Positions 24,701-36,866 of a stretch of 64,000 nucleotides of DNA are shown here, piece after piece; positions within the stretch are counted from its first letter, which is position 1; each line of letters begins with the position of its first letter. The position numbers and the translations under genes are program-made. The notes beneath the pieces are model-generated. The model ran no database searches, was not told the DNA's origin, and saw only the letters and a program-made list of their open reading frames with translations. The stretch is from Trichodelitschia bisporula. Its lineage: Eukaryota. The DNA is taken from contig ML996700.1 of the NCBI GenBank assembly GCA_010356995.1, positions 682,001 through 746,000 on the forward strand, written 5' to 3'.

Positions 24701-26663
24701 GATGTTTGCCATGGTTGTCTCCGCATCCAGGACGAAGTCACTCGAGCTGGTGGCTGCAAAGTTATCGATAAGAAACTGCTTGACGCTGTGATGGATAAGC
24801 CGAACTGTATGCTCCTCCTCATCGACTATCAAAAGACTTCCACAACAACTCAATGTTCTTATTGGATCGATTAGAAGCTTCGACTCGTCCCAGTTTGTGT
24901 CCCCTGGAACAACACTCAGGGCTTCGTCAAGCTGCTCCGTTGACAGAGGCTGGCGGGCCACCGTGACGAGCTCGAGGATGGGTCGCTGATACTCTTTGCC
25001 TGACCGGGCATATTTTTCGAGGATGCGGGAAAACGTCTCCGAGAGGTCCTTTGGAAGGTCAAGCAAAGCTTCGCGGATGGCGTGGTCCGTGTGCATTTCG
25101 TGTAATGCCCCGATTTGCAAAGCGGCCCAGAGAAACATGCCTTGCGAGCCCTGAAGCAAAGCGTCCTCTATTTCACGGATGAGTTCGGGATCCCTAACCA
25201 GATGCTGCTTGGGATCCCTGAATCTTTCCAGTTCAGCCTTGATGAATGCCGCAATGTCAGGGTTGTCGTCAGGGATGGGGGTAACAGCCGGGTTCGAGAG
25301 AGTTTTGAGGGTATGTTGCAGCGCCGCGATGGGTTCGGGTTTGTGCGCCACGCAAACCAAGAGAGGAAATGCCTGTTGAAGTACCTGGAGACTTCCAATC
25401 AACTCTCGCCGCTCAGCTGCATCGCATTCGTCCAGGCCGTCAAGGACGAAATACACTTTGTCAGCACTGGAATGAGTGCCCTTAAGGAGACCTAGTATGT
25501 CCTCAGAATCAAGGGCAAGCACGGCTTCATCCAACAACTGCAGCGCATTAGAGACGTCTTTCTTTTTTAACAATTGTCGGGCTAATGAACCAATCACTGT
25601 TCGCGCCTTCAGGCTGTCAGAGATGTCGTGCCGACAAAAGAACCAGGCGATAGTGAAGTCTTTCCCTGTCCCGTGGAGATGCAGATCATCGACGATGTTA
25701 GCGAGCAAGACTGATTTCCCAGAGCCCAGCTTGCCTGAAAATATGAGCGTGGAGGAGACGGTTGCATGTTTCCAGCTGGAGTATTCGGGAGTCTGGTTGA
25801 AAAGCCCGGTGTTCCCAATCACTCGAGTTTGCTTCCAGGTCGTCACATGGTCGTACTTTGAGCACAAGTCAAGCAGGCGAAGCTTGTTGGCGTGCTCCCT
25901 TTTCAGGTTTCGCGACCTCACGAATAGGGCGCGAAATTGAGAACCCTCTCGAGCTTCTTGTTCGATTTTCTCAACCCCCAGGAAGTTCACTTCCTCTTTG
26001 ATCGCTTGCGCCCATTTCTCGAGACCGGATTGATATTTGTCCAAATCACTGGCGCTGAGAGAGGAAGCCGCTCGACCCAGGGACGTCTTTTTATTGAACT
26101 TGAGCAGCCATCGGCAAAGGTCAACAACGACGAGAAAGTACTCCGACATGTGTGATTGCAAGAGTGCGCTTCGGTGATAGAGCAAGGCCATGCTTTGATA
26201 GCGAGGAGCGGACCGTCCCGCGTTCATAAAAAGGGTTGACAATTTGTCTCGATAGTTCGAGATGTTCACAGTCATCTGTTCACATGAGGAACGGACAAGG
26301 AAAATGCGAAGAAGAAGGGGTCCTTACGAGCAGAGCAGTGCGCACAATTGACCAGACACCGCATGCAATCAGATTCTGAGAACCCCCGACTATCACATCT
26401 CCCACCACAGCGAACTGCTGCACAGCCTGGAGAAAGTTGACCAACCGCGGGCCGATACACTTTCCACCGCCATCTTTGCCCTTGTTCGCAATATCGTCCA
26501 TTGTAGCCGTAAGCTTCATGACATCGCTGATTTCCGGGGGTGCAGTGCCCGAGGAGCGGAGGATAGCCTTTTCCTGGTCCGAAAGGTCTCGTTCGAAGGC
26601 GGCGACCGCGTCCGCGAGACGCGCTTGGGCCGAAGCCCGGGTCCTCACAAGAGCAGTTGGCAT
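21793..26663 (-). pseudogene. NLR-like NACHT-ankyrin protein (Goodbye-like N-terminus), ankyrin region frameshifted
   Basis: Exon 1 from 26663, intron about 26276-26327. NACHT Walker A GKLGSGKS, Walker B VYFVLDGLDEC, GMFLWAALQI and VRLIHHSVKQFL. Ankyrin repeats (TPLHLAV, PLHHA, ALHQAA) continue across four ORFs in changing frames. The 3' end is uncertain (possibly about 22058). Confidence 0.88.
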
Positions 26664-26893
26664 GATGTCCTCAGACGGAGGAGTCCTTCAAGGCGGCATG
26701 CCTAACTCGAGCTTAACAGAAGAGAGTAGTGATTTGACGCTGCTGCTGCTGCTGTTGTTGATAGACGATAAGGCTGCGGGGCACATTCAGCCGCAGGTAC
26801 GAAGGGTTGAGGGAAATGCCATGAGCGCCCGCCCCCCCGGCTTTTGCTAAAAGGGGACGCTCATGACTTTACCGCTCAGCCCTTGCACACTTG

Positions 26894-27122
26894 TGTGGTT
26901 GTGTTACTGTACCTTGTGTTGTAGCACAGGGCTCACTGGCACGTGTGTACAATATGGTGATTGTGAAAGAGTTGATAAAAGACAAGGAGAGTCAGGGAGT
27001 TAGAGACTCTCGAGGTATAAATAAACGATGCCAAGTATCCTCCTTTGCTCCTTCCTTTCTATTATACTTGTATTATAATATCATGTCCCTGCTTATATAA
27101 GAATGCTCCTTCCATAACCACA
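26894..27122. mobile_element. Possible degenerate solo-LTR-like AT-rich insertion
   Basis: 7-bp inverted termini TGTGGTT..AACCACA, internal TATAAATA, markedly AT-richer than its surroundings. No TSD. Confidence 0.3.
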
Positions 27123-27450
27123 TCACCTTGGCGAGAGTGGCTATTCTTGTACAGTACCGTATGCAAGCACAGGCTTTGATTGGAGCGGGCTGAAAGGCGG
27201 AAGAGAGTCAGTGCAAGCTTCAAGTAACTTAATCAGTGGAGCATAATATACACAATGAGTTTCTAAGAGCAGCGCCCGTTGGGTGTAACTCGCTGTTGTT
27301 CGACCGATGGCAGTGCAAAGCGAGTTCAAGAAATTAATTAAGAGATACTTCAGGCAGTACGGCCTTGAACGGAAGTAAATACTGCATCATCACCCATATC
27401 AGCATAGCCCCAAAGAGAACCACTGCCGCAGCAGCAGCACTCACGACCAC

Positions 27451-29387
27451 TCAGTCTTCCCTCCTCTTCTCCCTCGTAGACCTCACTCTTCCAATCGGAC
27501 TCGTGCTCGGCCCCCCCTTCGCCCAACCAGGCACCCAATCCGGGCCCTCCGCCTCCGGAGGATCCATATCTACATCCGTACCTACGCCTCGCGAGCCTTC
27601 CGGCCCAGGAACAGGCGAGCGCATGGGCGAGGGCGAACGCGGCTCACGAAGATCATCGGCATCGCGAGTGGAGCCCTGCGGTCCCGTCGCGTGAGTCTGC
27701 AGAGGCGGCAGACTGTCCTTGAGCGGAAGACCGTCCTTTGGCGGCACAGGTGGATTCTCCTCATCTCCGCCGACGCTGTCTAGCGTCCCCAGGTGCCCGA
27801 GCCCAGTGCTGTCCATGCCGACGGCGCTGTCATCATAGCTAATATTCCCGAGCTCGGCCTTTTCGGCTGAGGGCTTGGGCGGCGGGGCCGCGTGCGGGGG
27901 AGGGGTGTGGGAGCGGGTCCAGCCGCGCGTGTGGATGTACTGTGCTGGGTTGCGGAGGAGGATCCACCATGCGGTGAAGAGGGAAGAGCGCACGAGGAGG
28001 AGGATCTCGACGCCGGTGAGCTGTTTACGTTAGTTAACGGCTTGAAGGAATGAGGGTCCGATAAAGACGTACCGCCGCCATAGCCAACGATGCTAAGACC
28101 AAGTTCTTGTTCATCACCAGCTGATGGGCCAGGTGCAAGCACTTGTTCTTATCGCCCTCGTTAATGATCAAGCACAATCCCCACTCCAACCCCTTGGGAC
28201 TGTGCGTGACGCGGTCTTGCTCCAATTCGAGCATCACAAACACTGCCGCGAAGAAGATGCCCTGCCACATGATAATGGCCGTTAGCACGATACTGCGCCA
28301 CTGCGTGTGCAGCACGCGCTGGATATGCCGCCACTGACGCCGCCGCGCTCCAGCCGCAACACCGACATCCGTCTCCCTGCGTCTCCGGCCGATCGACCAT
28401 AACCACAGCGTTACGCCGCCGCTGCCCGCTCCACTCCCCGCAATCACGCGGTGGCTCTTCATGTAAACACGCACGCAGTACACGACGGTAGCGCCCTGGA
28501 TGATGCACGCCAGGCTGGCCGCAGCGATCATCCAGCCCCAGAAGACGGGGAACGCGTTCTCATGGTTCAGGAAACACACGGGCCCGAAGCGGTAGCTGAA
28601 GCCTGAGGCCAGGGCGCCGGCTACCAGCAACACGGCGGGCAGACCGAAGCCGAGGGTTTGTGAGATCCAGAAGAAGCGCGGCCCCGGTGTACGGTCCCAG
28701 CAGATGCGGAGGTGGATCCAAATCATGCGCATCAAGACTGTTGATGTCAGCTAGGACGGAGAGAGTGAGAGGCACGTACCCCACCACGAGTTGGACAGCG
28801 CTCCGTAGACGAAGAGCAGCCCAGTCCAGGCGCAGGCCACGCTGGTATGCATGTCCTTCGGCGTGATGGCATCGTGGCAAGGGCTGCCAGTCCGTGGTAC
28901 AGCAATAACTTCACCCAGCTATCAACCTATTAGCCGCTTCGATGTCTCACAAACAGGAGATGAGGTACCGAAAACAAGGCGACCGCTGACACTACGCCAA
29001 CACTGAGGTAGTGCCTGTGGCTCTTGTCGGGTGGGAGAACAGCCCACGACGTGAGGAGAAAGACCGAAACGATGAGTCCGAAGATGCTGAGCTTGATGAT
29101 ATTGTAGGCGATGCGCACCATATCTGTGACGAAAGGCTTAGCGATAGTGTAATCCCACGTGGGAAAGAAGCATACCATCTTCGTACATCCATTGATCAGC
29201 GGGACACGGAAGGCAGCACAAGAGGCCCTCGAATCCGGGTACAGGATTGCAAAAACGGCCGGCAATGTCTGCTTCATGTTACCATGCAGGCCTGAACGAG
29301 CACATCGCACGTACATCCAGTCGAAGAAAAGTCGGCAGCGTCTAGAAAAGGCTTCGGACATCCAATGAGCGAAGAAATGTTCGCCAT
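27451..29387 (-). CDS. Fungal Frizzled/Smoothened-like 7TM GPCR
   Basis: Spliced N-terminus MANISSLIGCPKPFLD..YIAGRFCNP..LCCLPCPADQWMYED; SWAVLPPDKSHRHYLSV; CHDAITPKDMHTSVACAWTG; IHLRICWD; GFSYRFGPVCFLNH; QWRSI; WGLCLIINEGDKNKCL. Multiple hydrophobic helices and about 5 introns. Confidence 0.85.
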
Positions 29388-29963
29388 TGCAATAACCTAG
29401 TCTTCAGGAAACAAATTCTGAGATATAGCGAAGCACTTTGTCGATTCACAACCCGGGGCAGGTTGATATGGGCCGACCATAATTAAAGGCGGCGCCTTCG
29501 GCAGCTCGCCACCTTTATGACCCTCGGCCGCTGCATTTCGACAAGCCTTTGTTCCATCGCCGGACATCGCCTGAAGTTGGCCGAAAGCGTGCTACGCAGG
29601 ATTCAGGATCAGCAAAGAATGTCGTTTGTAGGGAGCGCGCGTATACTTGGCGTCCCCCTTGCGTGACAAAGAATACCAATAACATCACGCGCCATTTCAG
29701 CTGCAGACCACGAGGAAAATGCTGAAGGAAAAGGATTTCATTTCTTGCATCCACCATCAGCCCAACGCCTTGTCCGTTCATCCCTGATCCGGAGACTGTG
29801 CGCCTAGATCGATGGACTAGAATGGAAAAGGTACGTTAGGGACGCTTCCCAGGAACCGCCATATCGCCGAACACTCCAACAACGCCGAACACGGAGCGCA
29901 ACAGCTTTACATCGGTCACAACTATTATGTCAACGATGCCTTCACTAGACAGCGAGTTGATAA

Positions 29964-31656
29964 TCAAACCGGGAAGCCCAAAAAGCCGATCTTCAACTCT
30001 GGGCGATTGCCATCCTCGGCCTCGGTTTTCCAAGTCTGCTTCCATTCCATCTCCTTGCGATGCGTTACTTCGAGAGCCTGGCGGCACGAGGAAGGTAACT
30101 CGGCGAGAATTTCATCGTCGACGTGCGGAAGGCCATTGTGACCCAGTGCAAGGAGATCTCCGTCAGGGCCGGGAATGCCGAACCCGATGCCGGACGGCGA
30201 GCGGAACTTGGTGTCGACGATCAGGTAGTTGCGCTTGACGACATCCGACACTGCTGAGAAAACGGTGTTAGCCGGTCGAGCCTTAGGTGTCGAGTCGTTG
30301 AGGGAAACGTGGCCGACACCGTTCGTCAAATGAGTGATACCGTTCGTGAGGTGGGACTTCGCGTCACCAGCTTCCCGTTCATGAATAACCGGCTCCCACT
30401 TGGCGTGCGTTGGCTGCATGATCTTCGGGTAGTGCATGGTATTGGTGTGCGGGTCGTAGACGCCATTCAGGTTTGCTCGCCGATTGGCCGCAAGTACGGC
30501 GTTGAAATGGCTAAACTTGTCAGTAATGGTGAGCAGGGTATTGGACAGTGCATACCTAGCAGCTCGCGCATGTTCAATCTGCCAATTAGCTGATGTTATG
30601 GCGACCTTGCGCTTTCCCAGCACCACCTTGCCTGTTGTCAAAGGCACGGCGGGCGTTCCGGTGTGGTACACGGCACTCGCGCCGTGCCACGCAACATAGC
30701 GATTCTTGTTGTAGGGCTCGCCTTCGGCGGGAAGCTCATCGTTGGGATCGGCAAGCTCTCCCTCAACGTCCCCACGCTCGCGTGCAGCAGCAACATTGTA
30801 GTCGTCGATGATCTTCTTGCCCCCGACGACGATGCGCGAACCAAACTCGCGAAAGACAGAACGGGCGGTGACAATGCCAATAGACCGGCCCTTGTAAGAG
30901 TGAGGGATGATCTCGCGCTCAATCAGGTCTCGCTTCTCTTCGTCCTCAATAATGACCTTATGCAAGTACATGTGCTTCGTGAAGAAGAGGTAGCTGTCGC
31001 GGAAGCCGCAGCACCGAGCGGGCTCGGTGGACAGCATGTAGAGACGCTTTCCCCGGTTCTTAACGGTAAAGACACGCACGCGATACTCGCGGCCGCCTTT
31101 GAGATTCCCTAGCTTGTCCACTTTCTCTTCGCCCTCGGGATCGTCGGGAAGTGCAACCTCATCGTTGACGACCTCCATCATGGTTCCATCCTTGTCCACC
31201 TTGACGCGTGTCGAAGGTGTGTAGCTGCCGCGAGGACGGCCTCGGAAACCACTGCCGGCAGGTCTACCACGACGCCGCTTGACGGGTGTGCCGCCCTCAG
31301 ATTGCTCGTTGTCGGGGCGCGGTGAGTCCCAGTCCGGAGGCCGGTTCTTGGGCGGACGACCAAGGCGGCGCTTGCGCGGAATCGGAATGACGGGCGGCGA
31401 CGAATGTTCTGAAGGGATATTCTGCTCGGCGTCATCGGAATCGTCGCCAACATCCTCGGGTGCATCTTCAGTATGCTGTGGGCTTGCAGTGCGCGATGCA
31501 TCGACGTCTTGCATCTCCTCATCGGAGACATTCACGACGGGCGTAGAGATCCCTGGGAGTGGTTAGCAAGGTGCCGGAGCGGGCAAGGTAAACAGGCGTA
31601 CTGCCGGAGGAGGCGCGCCCTCCTCGACCCCGGCCTCTAGGTCTCCCTCGAGGCAT
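29964..31656 (-). CDS. RSC7: RSC/SWI-SNF chromatin-remodelling subunit (Rsc7/Npl6/Swp82 family) with AT-hooks
   Basis: CRC-subunit domain GEEKVDKLGNLKGGREYRVRVF..LYMLSTEPARCCGFRDSYLFF..VTARSVFREFGSRIVVGGKKIIDDY; AT-hook motifs GRPRGR, RLGRPPK and RRGRP. Introns at about 31552-31600 and 30510-30554. Confidence 0.9.
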
Positions 31657-31825
31657 GCTGATGCTTGATGCAGGAGGTTGCGCTTTGCGGACGACTTTGG
31701 AGAGTCTGGTGAGGGTAGTTAACGTGTCATATGGAGATGGACAAAGTTCGGGTTGGGTGTCAAGGATACCGCGACGCGCTGTGCTTCTCAGATCTTGGCA
31801 CTTGTCTTGGCATAATGGTCCGTCC

Positions 31826-32283
31826 CAGAGATGCCGATGATCAATCAATCGATATTTTGACTCGTATCGTATCGATTGTTCTAAACGGGTCGATTGATCG
31901 ACTGATCGCGATTAAACGTCAGAGCGATATTATATTTCCTCTTTTGGTAATTTTTACCAAATTGGGACTAGTAACCCCCTAACCCGGACGCAAAGTTTAC
32001 GTAATACCGGTCACGTGTTTAGCTAGAAGATGTTTGGATGAAAGGAATGAGTGGCCTCATCTAATAAGCTGTAATACTTGGCATAACCGACCAATAAAAT
32101 GTGCTCATTTAGATTACGTAAGGTACCCCTCCCATGCCTCTTTAGGAAATCTTGTTACCCCTTTTGGCTATCGATAATTTTGATTATTCGATCGATAATT
32201 TTACCCGGATCGGATCAATAAAATCAGATCAGTAGATCAATCCAACGATAATCCTTAAAATCGACCGATTATCGGCATCTCTG
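31826..32283. mobile_element. Non-autonomous hAT-superfamily MITE (458 bp)
   Basis: TIRs CAGAGATGCCGATGATC / GATTATCGGCATCTCTG (16 of 17 match). Exact 8-bp TSD GTCCGTCC at 31818-31825 and 32284-32291. AT-rich interior with clustered GATC/ATCGAT subterminal motifs and no ORF. Confidence 0.9.
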
Positions 32284-32600
32284 GTCCGTCCTACCCTGGC
32301 ACGCCCAGATATGGCACGTCCCACCTCATGCAAGGCTGATCTCTTCGTCCGAACCACGTCCAGTCTGGCAACCTGGATCGGACAATACCGATGGCTAACA
32401 AAAACATTTCAGAGCACGACATCACTGCGCATAGGCCATAGAGGAGCAATCCATAAGTCAGTCAAGCAGCAAATTGTATTGAGATGTCAAGACTAGATAG
32501 TATTTACATGATGCACAAATCAGTGCAGATTCAATGCAGTCATACTGCCGTCCACGGAGCTTGTCACAATCCTCCCTGCACCCTTCAATATCCTTTGAAC

Positions 32601-33449
32601 CTAAGACCATCCGAACATGTGAGCGACCTTGCTAGGCGAGCCATCCGGATTGTGATCGTTGCCGTCGTGCCAGAAGTATGCGTAGCGTTCGATCCAAGGC
32701 TGTGCATCCATCCAGGGAAGGACTTCACCAAGGAACGCGAGGACCTGATCTTCCGTACCGTCCGCTGCAAACTCGGTGATCCAGACGGGACGCTGGGAAC
32801 CGGCATTATAGACATCCGTGATATGGTTTTTGAAGGCAGTCGTATCAGCCCCACCGTACCAGTGACAGGGAATGAAGTCAATTTGACAGCCCGAACACGC
32901 CTCAAGGAATTGCTGAAGCCAAGTGATGCCACCAGGCGGGCCCGAGTTTGTGATCGCAGGAGCACCAAGCTTGGCGTATCCGGAGTAAGCATCGATGTAC
33001 TCGAGATAAGCGTGGGCGGCGGGAAGCGGGTCGATACCAGAGCTCACTGAAAGGCCGTGGAGATCCGGTTCGTTGAATGCCAGGAAGGAATCAGCGCCGT
33101 TGGTGAGGGCCTTGTTAGCAAGTCCATACCAGGCGTCGAGCATCCCAGAATCCGTGCCCCACAACATCGGAACAAATTTGAGGGCCGGATTCGCGCCGTC
33201 TTTTGGCTGAGCGGCCCAGTTGTATGCCCAGGTAACTTTTGATCCAGTTCCAGCGAAGAGGTTGGTCATGGCGGCGTTGATATAGGCGACGCCCCGCTTG
33301 CCGGCGCCTCCGTCGAGATTGGCGTTGATATGCTGAGCGGCGTCGTTTGCCATGCCACGCTTGTGGATATGGTCGACGTGGACAGGCTTCGCGGCCTCAA
33401 GCTGGATGATGGTAGCAGCCACGAAGGCCAGAACGAAGAAGAAACGCAT
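32601..33449 (-). CDS. Secreted GH128 beta-1,3-glucanase (Asl1-like)
   Basis: Signal peptide MRFFFVLAFVAA, KRGVAY, WAYNW, FVPMLWG, catalytic AFNEPD and VWITEF, WIERYAYF. Intronless. TATATAA about 180 bp upstream (33626-33632, minus strand). Confidence 0.92.
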   Translation of the reverse strand: MRFFFVLAFVAATIIQLEAAKPVHVDHIHKRGMANDAAQHINANLDGGAGKRGVAYINAAMTNLFAGTGSKVTWAYNWAAQPKDGANPALKFVPMLWGTDSGMLDAWYGLANKALTNGADSFLAFNEPDLHGLSVSSGIDPLPAAHAYLEYIDAYSGYAKLGAPAITNSGPPGGITWLQQFLEACSGCQIDFIPCHWYGGADTTAFKNHITDVYNAGSQRPVWITEFAADGTEDQVLAFLGEVLPWMDAQPWIERYAYFWHDGNDHNPDGSPSKVAHMFGWS

Positions 33450-36400
33450 ATTGGCTTGTTCCTTCGGTAGGAATTGTTCATGGAAGGGAGATTCGAATGT
33501 CGTCAGATCTTGTGAGGAGTGCAGCTGGATTCAAACAATGAGCGGCTGTGGGGATATGCAGCTGGATTCAAATGAATGAGGACTGCGGGAAAAGGTTGAA
33601 GAGAAAGAGAAGCAATTGGAGCGCCTTATATACTCATTACCGCCGAATTCGCTTCTTGGCGAAGGCTGCTATTTTGCCAGTGTGCTGTCGCCTAGGACAT
33701 TATTCCGGCAAGAACGCAGCATATGGAGGTCCGAACCGTCAGACTTGGAAGTAGCGATACAGGTGAGGTTTGCGGACCTTTCCAAATCGACGCTTCCTCA
33801 CTTCACGGCTTGGCACTGGTTCACAGACATGATGACTCGAGAGTGCTAGATTTTGCATTAGCCATTTGAAGAGGAACGATGAACTTGATGACTTATTGGC
33901 CCATTTATCCTCGATATTCTCTTTATTCATGTTCTGACATGCCTCTTTGAGATCCAACGGCGAAGTCTTAGCCATCCCGACGCTCTATATGGCTCACTGA
34001 AAAGGGACTCATGCCGCGGGCATACGAAAAAGCTTGCTTTCCCAACATGGTGAGCGCCTGCCGGCAATAGAGGAGCGCCATTTGGAAAGGGTGGACGTTA
34101 CTGAGTTATTGACTACGAAGACAAGATGAAGAGGCGCAGCTGGAGGCTCAGAGCATTCTTCGGAGATCCTAAGCCACCTCCGACATGATACATTGCTGCA
34201 GATCTTTCTTCGTCTGAGCCCTCTTGAGAATCTGAGCCGGTGAGATAGAAGCTGGTAGATTGATGTCGTGGTACAGACCTGCAAAGGGTACAGTTGTGTC
34301 TAGTACTGTCCCCAGATTGAGATGGCATATCCGACCATTGCACTTGTCAAGAAGTTTACCGATTCAACTACTACCAGGTATCATCCTAAGGTAGGACTCG
34401 CAACTAGAATAGTATTGTCAGTACATCGACTACATGTTGCTCGACAAAAACTCGCTTGGCATTTACATGGGAGATATAAAAAAGAAGTCGATTCATAGAC
34501 CGGAAGGATATGATTGCAATGCATGTACCTTCGTAAAGCTTGCCCATTTTCCGGCTCCGCGAATCATGCTTTAGGGCGACGCACTGCCCTGGCCGTTTGC
34601 CATCAGCTGGCCGGAGTTTCTCAAGGACGGCATGCCGCGAGCTGAATAGGCCAGTCCGGCCACTGGGCGGAGCGGGAGCGGGATGGCGACATAGGGACGG
34701 GATGATTTCCCATAATCGGATTTGCCGTCCGAGAATCGCACAACATGCTCGCGTGCAGAGGCTGCTGGCGGCGCACTGCCAATCGCAGCCCTTCAGGAAC
34801 AGATCTCAAATGGAGTGCGCGGCCTAAAGGCGGGGCCTGCTGGGGTGACCGCTGGGTGTCGTGGCTCGCCGAAGATGATGGATGATGGCGGGGCGAGGAC
34901 AAGGATGACCGGGGGCTCAATGGCCTACGTAGTACAATGGGCGATCATTCCGTTCAAAGAACAGGGAGTATAGAGGAGGGGTACTAGGCATGCTTTTGGC
35001 TTCGAGGTGAGGCTTTTGAAAGTCGCATTCACACAGTACTGTAGACGTGCCGTCCCTTGCGGGCATGCCAGTGATCAGACGTCATGCGGGCCAGGCCTTT
35101 CATCCGCACAGGGCCACATCAATGTGGCGCGCCAGCGAGACGGCCCTGCATCCCAGTGATGCAACACAACCAACAGTTGCGCGCGGGTGGCCAACGCGCT
35201 TGTGCGCGAAGCGCAGCGGGTGGGTGGGGGAAAGATCAGAGTTTGAGCTGCGTGAAAGGCCATCCCACACTACACACGCTCTACGGTACGGCGGAAAAGG
35301 CGCATTTTGCGCAAGGGAACCAAGCATGAGGTCGATGTCCACACGTCCTGCATCGGCATTGGCGGGCGAGACGTGGCCGCTTAGCGTCGCCCCGCGCTCG
35401 GCGGAGGGAGACGTCGTGGGTGGGCGTTCGTGGACGCAACAACGGGCAGCGGGGAGGGCCGCTGCGAGGGCCGCTGCGAAGAACCACGTTTCGCTGCAGA
35501 GAGCAGCATGTCGCTGGCGGTTGGAGTCGCTTCCACGATAGCCCAACTGGCGTGGCCCGGTTGGGGACTTGTTTTTGAAGTTTGGGCGAATGAGCGGTGG
35601 TGGGGAGTGGGCGGTGTAGCCGCTGGCACCCAGGCACCGGCGCTGGCGATGAATCAAGGCGTCTCCAGCGGCGGCGCACTCCAGAGCTGGGGCGGGAGGT
35701 GAGGTGAGGTGTGGTTGAAAAGGCTTCGTCTGGAGAAGGAGACCAGGTGGGATATCGCTAGCCCGCTGGCACTGTCGAGCTTCTAATGATAAGGAGAGCT
35801 GGACCTCGTGGGTGCTGGCGCGTGGGGAGAACCACTAAAGTTGTCCATGACCTCGATGTCATATACACCTCTCTCAAGTATTTAGGGGAAGCGGCTATTC
35901 CGCGACTGGATATCCACTTATCTGTACATAGCTATGTACCGTCCCTAGCACTCCTTCACTTTCGACTGTCCGGCTTCAACGTCACTTTTTCCGGCAGTTC
36001 CAAGACCACACCCTCACTATACTACGGTATACAATTCGGATCAGGACTCGTCTCAACTGGGTGTGCAGTATCTTCACCTGACAGCAGCCAATGTCCATCG
36101 GTAGCTGTTCCAGCGCCTTCTACTTGACAATCCCACAGCCGGAAACTCGCAATCGTCATTGAGCAGCTAGCAGGATTTCCCGGGCAGTGACGAAAGAAGG
36201 GCCCAGCATCAGTTCCGGTTCAATTCAGTGGCGGAGACTGGACGCAGCACCAGGCCAGCTTGCCAGGCTCGCTGACAACGAAAGGCGGCAAAAGAAGGTG
36301 GAATCGCAAAGAATCGAGAGTACGTACTGTATCAGTTTGCTTGGTTGCAGCTTGTCATTTGCGAGCTCGTGAATCACTCAACCGTTGGGAGGACAAGCAA

Positions 36401-36866
36401 AGTCGTTGATCCTTCTGATTCTCTTCTCGTTCGTACAGTATTTCGTACTCTGCCAGTCTATCGTCCACCTTCCAGCACCCTTCCACCGACTCGGGAAACC
36501 TGACTTCACTCCGCGCTCTCTCCTCAGTCTCCATATCCTCCCGCGCAGGTGGTTCACACTACTACTCCACATCCGTCCATACTAGCCGGCCTCGCCCCTC
36601 CGCCTCTCAACCACGACCCCCGCAATCCTCCCCTGCATCGGCGGAGGCTTACTGCGTCTCGGACAGCCCGGCGGGGTCTGGGCTGAAGGTCCAGCTTTTC
36701 CCGGATACGTATCGTTCGAGGCAAGGCTCTAACCGCAACTGGGCGTGGGAGAGGAATTATCTGTTCTCAAGCTTGCAACGCAAGACGCCAAGAAAGTTGA
36801 ATGGTTGAGGATTGAGGGGTCGAAGGCACAGGCGAACAAGCTCTTGTTCTCGGGCCCTGGGCAGGT

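Noticed and set aside
33840..34420. Lower-GC patch with helical-looking fragments on the minus strand (QILKRAQTKKDLQQCIMSEVA)
   Set aside because: Too short and interrupted to assign to a gene or transposon family.
36590..36740. GC-rich hairpins upstream of SCH9 (CCTCCGCC/GGCGGAGG; CAGCCC/GGGCTG) as a possible ncRNA
   Set aside because: No tRNA, snRNA, SRP or RNase P/MRP consensus recognised; short stems are expected at this GC content. An Infernal/Rfam scan would settle it.
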